The notes below the pieces were generated by a model that did not search any database, had not been told where the DNA came from, and worked only from the letters and a program-made list of their open reading frames with translations. 64,000 nucleotides of DNA from Lepidodermella squamata (lineage: Eukaryota > Animalia > Gastrotricha), in NCBI GenBank assembly GCA_047495785.1, contig JBLDXI010000032.1, positions 1,674,001 through 1,738,000 on the forward strand, written 5' to 3'. Within the stretch, counting starts at the first letter, position 1. Each line of letters begins with the position of its first letter. The position numbers and the translations under genes were made by a program. Below, one piece after another: positions 22,658 through 33,300 of this stretch.

Positions 22658-25099
22658 ATGGCATCGAAAGAAGCTAAAAAAGAGGAAGCCACTGTTGCTT
22701 TCATACTAAAAGAAGGTCAGTACGTCCAAGCTCCGATTTTCCGACAAAGGAGTAGATCGAAATGTAATTTTGGCATGATTTCAAACGCTTTCAACTCTCC
22801 AATATATATAAATATAGGTTTTTGCTGGGTTGTTGTTGGAGGCTTGGTCTCACTTTCAATAGCATTGTCTATTCTATTTGTCGTTCTTTGGCTGCAGTCT
22901 CAGAAGCAAGGCGCGTCCGATTACTCTTTGAACCCGGTTGAACATGGAACTCATTCTACCTTTCCCGAATGGATCTTTACTTCTGGTCGCACAGTAGCAT
23001 CTTCAACTACAAGTTCAAGTTCGCAAGAGTCATCAAAAACATTCCATTCATCATCGTCCTCGTCTATAATAAGCACTACAACAACTCGGATTGCAACAGA
23101 CTCAAGTCCAGGTTCGCAAGAGCCGTCAACAACATCCAAATCCTCGTTCCTCTCGACAAGAATGACAACTCGGCCTACGACAAAAACCTCTACCACCAGA
23201 AACGGTTTCGACTCGAGCGACATGAAAAAATACCTTGCGGACTTGGAGGAATCATGCGCAACTACTGAATGTTCAGAAAAGATCAGTAGGATGTCTGACA
23301 TCATGATCCATTCAGCCGATCCATGCGAAGATTTTTACGAGTACGCTTGCGGAAACTACGAACATTACGATGATGTTGCCGATGTAACCTATGGCGTTCC
23401 TGAGGAGGCGAGTGCCAAGTGGATAAAGCAGTTTCTTGGACTTATTGGAAGTCCTCGAGTCGATGAATTTAACTGGAAGAGTGACAGGAAAGTTGTGGAC
23501 TACTATCACGCCTGCTATAACACAGATTCGTGGGCCTATACCGAACCGGCACTTCAAGCAATAGTCCGATCAATGGGCGGGTTCAACAGCCCGATTCAGT
23601 CATCATCAACTTTTCGAAGCAGATTCGAGCGACTATTTGACTATGGCGTCGACAATATTATAGCCATTCACATGCGTGATATGGATGATTCGGAAAAACT
23701 GAGAGTTGCAATCTCTCCAGGAACCCTTCGTACGTGGCCAAGTGCTCGAACGGCTCTTAAAACACTAGCTTCAAATCTCGACGCCCCCATCACCATGAGG
23801 TACGGCTCTGCTCTACTTGACATCGAAACGTTTGAAAGAGAGCTGTACAGCTTGAAACCAGCGGAGCAAAGTGGCAGAACCCATGAAACCTCTCCTGCCG
23901 AGTTGGACAAATGCTGCTCTCTCCTAAATTGGACATCATTGCTTAGCAGCTTTGGCCAATCTCGAAACTTCGATCTTCTCAATATGTCAATATACATCAA
24001 TGACTCATTCTGCGAATATCTTCAGGATACCTGCCGCGAAATTAGTGGTATGATGTCGAACGAGAATGGTCAAAAGACCCTGCAGAATTTTCTAGTCTTC
24101 GAGGCTTTGTTGAAGTATTTTGAAATACCTCGAATGACAACCAAGGAGCACTGCGTCAACGAAGTGATCAAGTTCTTACCCCTTGCATCGACATCAATGT
24201 TCAGGCGAGCTTTTTTCGATGAGAAATCCGTTCCAATTGCTAATGAACTCGCTGATGGAACTAAAAGTACCTTCCGTAAAGCAATCTCAGATTCCGAGTA
24301 CTTCAACCCGGAAACCAAAGCTGAGTTGGTGAAGCTGATAGGCTCGTTGACAATCAGCATTTGGCCTCCGGATCTCGTATTAAATCGCGCTGCAATCGAG
24401 GCTTATCATCGAAATTTGACAATAACCCGATCCTCATACATGGCGAACTTCTATGCAGCAAGCCGTTTCTTGGAGGGTGGCATTATGAAGCATTACATCA
24501 ATGGCGATATATCCATGGTCGCCACGGGGTTGCACTACAACGCCATGTACGAAAATATATTGAATAATCGCATCATTTCCTTGATGCCTGCGTGGATGGC
24601 TCCAATTTTCGAACCGTCCTACCCAGCAGCAGTTCAACACGGCTCGGCAGCAACTACCATTTCACACGAATTGACTCATCTGTTCGACAATCTTGGGCTG
24701 AAGACAGTTTTTAAGGCAGATCCTTTCCTAGCCAGCCGAAAGCAGTGCATCTCTAGAATGTATCAACAAATTGGCCGAGAAGGCGGGCGTTACTTGAAAA
24801 CGGATAACACGTTGGACGACGATATTGCTGATATGTTATCAGTTCCTCTTTCGTACTCTCTATATCAAAAGGAACCACGTAGTGACATGGACAACAGACT
24901 GTTTTTCCTGTCATATGCTCAGCTGCAGTGCTCAAAACAGCCGCAGTCAAATTTGTACCGGATTCTGCAAGATCGCCATTCACCGCCAAAGTTCAGAGTT
25001 TTGGCATCTCTGAGTAACAGCCGACAGTTTTCTCAGGCATTCAACTGCCCGGCTTCGTCTAAAATGGCACGTTACCAGGACCGGTGTGTATTGTACTGA
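22658..25099 (+). CDS. M13 neprilysin-like peptidase NEP-4 (recent paralog of NEP-3)
   Basis: Exons 22658-22763 and 22818-25099 (the ORF track reads through the 54-nt intron). Longer Ser/Thr stalk, HELTH, DDIAD, HSPPKFR. Confidence 0.9.
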   Translation: MASKEAKKEEATVAFILKEGQYVQAPIFRQRSRSKCNFGMISNAFNSPIYINIGFCWVVVGGLVSLSIALSILFVVLWLQSQKQGASDYSLNPVEHGTHSTFPEWIFTSGRTVASSTTSSSSQESSKTFHSSSSSSIISTTTTRIATDSSPGSQEPSTTSKSSFLSTRMTTRPTTKTSTTRNGFDSSDMKKYLADLEESCATTECSEKISRMSDIMIHSADPCEDFYEYACGNYEHYDDVADVTYGVPEEASAKWIKQFLGLIGSPRVDEFNWKSDRKVVDYYHACYNTDSWAYTEPALQAIVRSMGGFNSPIQSSSTFRSRFERLFDYGVDNIIAIHMRDMDDSEKLRVAISPGTLRTWPSARTALKTLASNLDAPITMRYGSALLDIETFERELYSLKPAEQSGRTHETSPAELDKCCSLLNWTSLLSSFGQSRNFDLLNMSIYINDSFCEYLQDTCREISGMMSNENGQKTLQNFLVFEALLKYFEIPRMTTKEHCVNEVIKFLPLASTSMFRRAFFDEKSVPIANELADGTKSTFRKAISDSEYFNPETKAELVKLIGSLTISIWPPDLVLNRAAIEAYHRNLTITRSSYMANFYAASRFLEGGIMKHYINGDISMVATGLHYNAMYENILNNRIISLMPAWMAPIFEPSYPAAVQHGSAATTISHELTHLFDNLGLKTVFKADPFLASRKQCISRMYQQIGREGGRYLKTDNTLDDDIADMLSVPLSYSLYQKEPRSDMDNRLFFLSYAQLQCSKQPQSNLYRILQDRHSPPKFRVLASLSNSRQFSQAFNCPASSKMARYQDRCVLY

Positions 25100-25202
25100 A
25101 CATTTTTCTAGTCATGAACAATTTCAAAAAAAAAATAAATCATCTCTTATCTAACACTTATCATAGTTCAGTCACTGTCACATGTCCAATAGTCCTTATA
25201 CG

Positions 25203-28200
25203 TTAAATCAACTCGTATTTTTCGCAAATTGCTTGAGAAATAGACGCTGCACAGGATGAGTCGGAAAGATATAGGATGTCTTGACCAGCTGAATCGTCGA
25301 AGACAGGCTTTAAGGTTGCGCATTCCAAGCCAGCTATCAAAGAGAAACATGAAGTTCTGGAATATCCAGTGTCAATCACTTACTTGGAGGTGATAAGGGT
25401 GCCCACATTGAGGGATCGTTATCAAAAGGGATAACAGGCGTGCCGTTGGCCCACCGGTAGAAATTAGATGAATTAGGAACCTTCTTCGCACTGACCCAAA
25501 ATGTTGCATTGCTAAACATGCTTCGAGCTTGGGCAAGTTGTTCGAACGTAACGATAGACGCCAACATGCCGTTTTGAGCCTCGCAAGCTGCTGCAGCTTC
25601 CTTCGCGCTAGAAAACGTAGCGTTAGTCGACGTAACCTGGAATAGCGTTTTCTCGTAGTTCTGCGATTCGCACTCTTCCATTTCCGAGAAAATGATGCTG
25701 ACAGCCATGACTTCATCCGATGGACAGCCGTCGGTGCGTGGGTAGCACTTGTATACTGAGGTTGATGGATTCAGACACTTGATCACGCCAAAGTTATGGC
25801 AGGCTTTGTAGTTAACCAGGTAACTACTGGACACGTTGAAGAGACGAAGCTGGAAAACATGGACAAATATCAAGGTAAAACGTGTATTTTCCGAATCTTG
25901 CCTCATTTTCAGTGGCGGCATTGCAAGAGTTTTCGATGCAGCGATATTTCAACCCAAGCTTTCTAGCACAAAATCGGAAGTAGCTCTAAATTTTAAGATT
26001 ACACTCAGCAATCTTGCAATATTGAAAGCTTACTCCTATAACACACTCAGCAAATGACGTGTATGTTCGAGCGGATGGTACCTTCAAGAAATGGAAGCAT
26101 ATAAACGACAGGACGCTTCGGTTTTGGTTATTACCAATGGGGAAGGACAGGTTTTCCCTACGGAGATGCATCCGGTAGATATCGATTGGTCATTCAAGCA
26201 CCGTTTCACTTGGGTCTAGAATGTGAAGAATCGCAAAGGTTCAACTTTTGATGCAAAGAAAATTGTCAACTCACTTGTTCGTTACAGGTTTTCACTGCCG
26301 CGTTATGATTCTCGGCGTAAGAATCTGAGTCTTCGAAATCAGCAAGCTATTCAACTGTAATTATTTGAGCAAATCAATGATTTGGTTATTATACCTTGAA
26401 TTGATTTTCTGGGCAAGCAGTGATTCGACTACCGATCGTGTAGGTCACATTATCTATGGAAAAGCAGCATCTGGCATTCTAGGAAAATAATAAAAAAATT
26501 TCATCACAATTAAGGACAGGATGCAACCTTAAGAAACGTTTGGTGAATAAATTCTAGCAAAAATGAGATTGTCCCTTGGATATTGGGCATTAAATTCTCC
26601 GCCAACTGAGCTTTAACTTGAAAGCATGAAAGTAAAGGCGATTTGAGTCATAATCGATTTTGGAATAAAAGAAGAGACGTGAATTTAGATATCGTTTTTG
26701 GTTATTGGACCCTCATATGTTCCTCATATGTTCCTCATATGTTCCTCATATGTTCCTCATATGTTCCATCCCGTAAAATATGTTCCTGAAAAACATATTT
26801 TGCGGGATGGAAGTTGATAGAACCTAACTGTCTTGATCCGTTACAATTCGACCTTTCAAGGCCGTTGCATATGCAAATGAGCATCCTATTTATGAAATAA
26901 TAAAGCCTTCGAAAAAATCTCAAAAATTAAAGGAAAAATTCCAAACCTAGTTAGAGATTTTCAGGGAAAGGGTGACTTAAGTCCTAAGTTGACCTTCGTA
27001 TAGATCGAATCATGTTAAAAGTTGATAAGACATACCCCAAGACGACAGGGAGCGAAATCGGCATAAACCAGTTCATTCGGAGGCTTCGACGTATCGAAAG
27101 GTTGAAGCTGTGAGAAGAAATGAAGACCTCTCCAATCAAAGATAAATAATGGTCAATTTAGATATACCTGATACTCCTTCGTATCGTCACAGCCGGTATT
27201 TTGCGGCTTACAACCAGCGAATAAATTAGTGTTTTTCGAAACACATCTGATGTACTGCTCTGAAATTCAAGGCGGATGAGAAGATAAGGAACTTAGCGAG
27301 TATCAAAATTACCGCATTCTCGAATGGGTGTGCAGTTTCGGGCCAAAGTGTAAGCAGAATCGACGTAGCAAAACGGGTAAGGCTTCGAAGTCGGATTGCG
27401 ACAAGCGCTGTGATGCAAATTCGCCTGAGGAAAGTCCAGTTCTTTAACCAGTTTCTGTAAAGTCCATTCAAAACACGGATCGCCATTGTCGGCTGTCCTC
27501 ATCGAGCCCTGGTAATCGTAGCCGGTCGGCGTGAATTTGCACTCGTTCGACAGTTTTGTCACCGGTTTGCCGTCGCAGGCGGCGTAGACGTAGAGGTTTG
27601 AAGCTCCCAGTTCCAAGGTGTTGCCCCGTTTGAAGACTACAGTAACACTATCAGCCATCGTTGCGAAAATTCGCCCGCTGCTGACTCCACAAGTGCAAAA
27701 CCTTGGTCATTGTAGAACTTTTTAAAGGAAGAAATTTAAATATTCAATCACTTACACGCCACTGGGCTTATTCGGCTTTGAATCCTCCCAGATTTCGATT
27801 AAATTGGTACACTCTTGAGCTAATAATAAAGAAGGCGGCTTAGATGATTGCAATAAGATGATTGCTGGACCTACCGCTTGAATAGCAATCTCTGTTTTTG
27901 ACTGAAATAGGTCTCGTGTCGAATCCAAACACCATGCCTGTCCCAGGACTCCCCTGTTCCATTAAACATAACTATTCGTTTTCCAATAAAAAATGAATTT
28001 TTACAGAAGTGATCCTCCATGCACAGTTCAGGCCTAGGCTTGGCGAACCAGAGGGCATTGCGATCGAGCGGGTTGAGCAGCCGGGTACGGTCGTAGTTTG
28101 CAGCGAGTTGCCGCATTGCGCGCTATTTTGAATGAGCGTTGAGCAGTTGGTTGCTGGGTCGTAACCGGGGCGACAAATGCATTGCTGGCACCCAGCACCC

Positions 28201-30016
28201 GGCGCGCCGTTGTCATTGCAATCAAGGTTGCAATTACCTGAAATATGTTAGATAGTGAGATGAAGTGAGACAAGTGAGATGAAATTTCAAATTTTAATTT
28301 AAATTTAATTTTCTTATGCGAATTTATCGGTTAAATTTTAGAATTTGAATTTAAATTTGATACGGCCAAAATGAGCTAAAGCATAACTGAATTTATGATC
28401 AAAAATTATTTACAAAAATTCAGAAAAAAATTAGAATATTTTTTAGCGAAACAAAATTTCTTTCGCAATGTTTTTCAAATTTTGAAATTTTCGAAAATTC
28501 TGAATTTAGTAAAACTTCTCGAAACCTGACTTTTCTAAATCAAAGTATTTCAGGTCGATTTCAGGTTGTTTTGGTTGTTCAAAAAACAACCAAAATAAAA
28601 AATAAAAAACCCCTCTTCGGCTTATTTTCTCTAGAAAATGACTGAAATTGCCTGAAAAATGGAGGAAATGTTTGCAAAATTGCCAAAACTTTTCTCGCTT
28701 CGCTCGAAATCCCGAAATTTCGGAAAATGCAAATTTCACTCTCAAATCCATAACAACTACCCAAGAAATGTTCTGGTTACGCTCCTGATCTACGATCAGA
28801 TTAGTGGATTTTATGGTCTAAACCTGGCAATTGGTCAGGTCAATTTTGGGGTCATAGTCCGATTTAGCCATGAAAAAAAATTAATTTAACACAATTTTCG
28901 GATACAAAAATTTCCTGCCTTGACTTAGATATAGGTCAGATTAAAAGACAAATTTCACTTTAATTAGTCAGCGTCCAACTTTTTATTCACACCAGATGAA
29001 ATTGATCTCAAAACTCACATTCTATGACGTCGTTGGCAATTTTCAGCGAGTCGAAGTACGATATCGACTGGCGAGTAGTTCCAATCGTATACAGGTAAGT
29101 CATGTCAATCGGGGTGATCACAGATGGCCCCTTGCTTTGATAGACCCGCGACGGGTGCATCACCGAGCGGAAATCGTACGGATACTTGGCGTAATCGTAT
29201 AGCGTCTTGTTCTGAGGCCATATTTCATAAAAATTTTCCCGGCCACTGTCATAAAATGTATATTTTAAGAGGAAAATTAGGCATTATTAAGGAAGATTTT
29301 ACGGAATAATTGCTGCCCTATTAATGGTGATGTAGCTATCTCGATCCGGTCGAGTGATTTCGTTTGGCTGAAATTAAAATAATTTATTAAAATAATTATA
29401 ATTATTCAAAATAAAATACTCACGAGGCCGAGAGCATTGCCAATGAGGCGGGTTAGTACCCATAGGTTCTAAAATGAAATTGAACGAGATTGGCAATTGG
29501 GAATATTTTTTGCTTACTTCAAGACATGCCGAGGTTAATTCAATAGCTTGCCGAGCAACAGGTTGCCTTCCTATAGCTGGATTGCACACCCTTAATAAGT
29601 GAAATAAAGGCGATTAAAATAATTAATAATTTACTCAATTTACAACTTACCCGACATTAACTTTATCGAAGAACAAAATTCCAGAGGTGTTTGTTGGTTC
29701 AGCGAGAATCTCCTCGAAGGCGACGCAAGATTTCGATGACCACATAGAAAGAGCCGCTTGAATGTTCCGTAGTTGAACAGCGGCAAAACTGTTTCCTTGA
29801 TATCGATGAAAAAAATTATCAGAATTTTTTTGAATTTTTAAGGGTGAGTTACAAACTTGAAGATATGTAAAACTGTACAGGATTCGACCATTTTAAAAGT
29901 TGCGAATCGATAAACTAAAGGAAATGATATATTTCAATTATAGGATATTAGGTTCAGGCCAGTTGGCAAACCTGCGGTAATAAAACCACTGAAAATACCG
30001 TCAAAATTACATTCAT
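25203..30016 (-). CDS. Astacin-like pseudoprotease A: SP-astacin(inactive)-EGF-CUB-like-kringle-Cys-rich-C-type lectin
   Basis: Multi-exon. MNVILTVFSVVLLPQ start; WSSKSCVAFEE; TRLIGNALGL|PNEITRPDRDSYITIN; YDFRSVMHP; CICRPGYDP; kringle YQG...PCFEW...CRNP...PFCY; CTLD AAAACEAQNGMLASI...FWVSA...YRWANG...AICEKY. Middle exons were not all resolved. Confidence 0.8.
26711..26767. repeat. Minisatellite, 11-bp unit x5, in a gene A intron
   Basis: (cctcatatgtt)5. Confidence 0.9.
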
Positions 30017-30303
30017 CGCTTGAAAAAATGGGATTAAAATAAGATAAAATAAAAATGTTCACTCTGCCTGGAAACGTAGAGCAGTAAGGTAGCACGCGTT
30101 CTGCGTAATTCGACTCGTGCGCGGCTGCTGATACAATTCACAAAAACAGCCCCAATTTTTTGCTGAGACAAAAAAACTCCGACCAATGATATAGGAATAA
30201 TAAAATGTCTTAGTTTATTCAACTTTAAAATCATTCGAAAATAATTTACATTTATTCAGTCGAGCTTTGTTTCAAGTCAATCAAAAATATGATCGGGGTT
30301 ATA

Positions 30304-33300
30304 TTATTCGTATTTTTCACAAATCGCCTGAGCGATCGGCTCATTACACGCAAAATCGGCCAGGTAGAGAGCGGCCGGGTCGGCAGGAGCGGCAAATCCA
30401 GCCTTCAAGGCCGTGCACACCTTTCCACCTTAAACAACAAAATTGGTGACCTATATAATAAAAATTCGAACATGACCTACTTGGCGCAACGCCAGGTGGC
30501 CAAATCGGGTCGCCATTTTCTAAATTGGCTGGAACCAGATTGCCGTCACTCCAGCGATAGACATCCGCCGAGTTGGGCACTTTTCTAGCACTGACCCAAG
30601 AAACGCTGTTGCCAAACATTTGCCGAACCGAGTCTAGATAATTAGCTGTTGTTATCGATGCCAAAATGCCGCCTTGTGCCTCGCAAGCCGCTGCGGCTTC
30701 GTTCGCGTCTTTGAAAGCTCCGCTTGTTGCGGTGACTTGGAACAGGGTTTTCGTAGATGAAAATGACATGCACTCATCATCGCTGGCGAAAATTCGGCTG
30801 ACAGCAACGATCGAGTCGGATGGGCAGCCGTCGTTTCGAAGATGGCACGAGTACGTCGAGTCGGTTGGGTTCAGGCATTTGATGCGGCCGAAATTCAGGC
30901 AGCGTTTGTAGTTTTCTAGGTAGCTGATTGAAGATTCTGTGAAGTCATACAACTGCGTGGGAAAGAAATAAAATAATTTAGTAAAATAATGGCGCTCGAT
31001 TTTTCTGTCTCACGTTATTTTCTTTTGAAGAATCACAGGTTTGGCGATAATCAGCACATCGAAACTTGAGCCCGATTTTACTGGCGCAAAAACGGAAGTA
31101 TTCCTAGTTTAAAAAAGTTCGAGAAAAAATATAAAAAAGTAAATATAAAATAAAATAAGTCAAATATTTAAATAAAATTTCAAATTAATTTAATTTCAAA
31201 ATTAATAAAAATATTAAGAAATTAATTAAAATGATTCAAAAATACCCCGAGTTTGCATTTTGCATAAGATGTGTAAGTCTCAGCTTGAACCTGTTTATAG
31301 AATTCTTTTTTAAAAATGTAGGATGCCAATTTGATTTTTACCGAAGGGATTGGACAGGTTTTATTGGCTGGAACGCAATCGAAAGTTGTTTGATCTACCA
31401 CGCAGCGTCTCAGGTTCACCTGAATAAGCAGAAATAATTCATTATAAGGAGACATTTTTTGAACTTTTTTATCATACCGCGTCTCTGCAGGTCACGACAG
31501 CTTTATTGTGGTTCTCTCGGTACGATTGAAAGCTGACAAAATCACCAAGCTTATAAACAAATAAATTACATGAAATAAACTCAAGACGCAATGAGATCAG
31601 AATCTTACTTTGACTTGGGATGACGTGCATGAAGCCAGGCTGCTTATAGCATAAGATCCGTCTTCTGGAGAAAAGCAGCACCTGGCAGCCTAAAATATAA
31701 ACAAATGCATTAATTAATAGGCAACATAGTGTCCCAGAAATGTTATGGCAGGTAAGTATTGTATAGACCTCTAATCAAGAATCTGCTCGATTACAATAAA
31801 TGACGGCAATAATTTCTCTGTGCATGGCGTTTCACAGCTTGTTACTCTGAAGAATTTGGATTTGTCAGCTGAAATTCGTGATTTCTTATCTGATAGGACG
31901 TTCAAAATTGCCCCTATGATTTTTCATCAGGCTTACACGCGGTGATAGGAAATACTTCTTCACTCCTCGACCCAGATTGCGCCCGTAGTCCTATGTCGAA
32001 ATTACTGACGAAGAAGCGATTACGATAATTCAACGTCTAAAACTCGTCGCAAGTCGATGAACAAGTTTTCACAGGATTCACAGAATTGAAACTGAATCCG
32101 ATAGCTGTTCGTCAAGTGTCAGCCTCATCTCAACTGGAGAAGAAGTTTAAAGTTTATCTACAAAACTTGCAATTTTGTAGATAATCCACCCAAAAGGAAG
32201 TTGACGTTGGCAGCGGTTGTAGCGTGGCTTGCAAATTTTGGCGAATCAATTGCAAATCGATGCCAATACTAGCGCTGAAATTGAACGAATTTTTTCGACT
32301 TTTGGAAAATTCGATAAGAACACGCCTTTTTAAATCCTAATACGATTCGATGACTGAACCTGCTTAACAGAAACTTCAAATACTCAGTTCATTTTTCACC
32401 TCTACCATGGGCTAAAAAATTGTCGCGCTCAAAACAAGAAACCGACGAATCAGACGTCGGTTTTCGATTTTAATATTTTTTAAATTGACTTGACTTCAAA
32501 AATAGACTATCAAGTCCTAGTTACTGCCCATTCTCTACTGCCTTTCGCCTGGGGAAGACTACCCTATCTATTACAAGGTTTTCAATGCAATTAGACCTAT
32601 CTGGCCCACTCTTTCTCCGTTTCCATGTCTCGGTGATTTCGTTTTCCCGATAACGCCCGGCTGTCATGTATTCTGCTACTCCCATTTCACCCAATGCATT
32701 TCCGGGCAGTTGAGGCATTTCAGGTGAAAATCTGTACCTGACTGACCCCCTTCTGTCGCTCTCTCTTCCAAGTTCTTAAGAGGAACCTCGCGGCCGGGAT
32801 TCGACGAGCTCCCACGTTTTGATATCCAAGCCGTTATTTATCCATTGATAAGGAGTAAGTTCGACCGGGTCTTGCTGGACAAACCTCGAACGGACAATTG
32901 CGCCAATGCTTGGCATATAAGGCTACTTTAGCTCTTCATCACCCGACGGTCTACAAGTTAGTGCTGGCCGAGCTGGATCCGACGGAACAGCGGTTCAGCC
33001 ACCTTAACAAGGGCGACGGCATTAATAAGCGCCGCAACGCTAAGTCTCTGATATCCAACGGTCACCGAGTCGGGTCGATTAAAGCTGCTCGACCCCAATA
33101 CCAGCGAATACCCGACTCAACACAACAAAAATATCGACAAAGTCGTCGCCAGCCTAAAGGATTCAACGATGCGTGACGTATTTAACCGGAATGACGCTAC
33201 AACACTGCGGCTCGTCGAAAATATCAGCGCCAGCTCGGCTCAACTAGGCCTCTTCATGCAGCTGATGAGCATTTACGTTGGACAAATCGGCTCCTCCAAC

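Noticed and set aside
26711-26767. CRISPR-like repeat
   Set aside because: Contiguous 11-bp units with no spacers, so it is a minisatellite.
30034-30234. ORF as first exon of astacin-like gene A
   Set aside because: The ATG at 30016 gives a signal peptide ending PQ|GT, like gene B; the upstream ORF has no such match.
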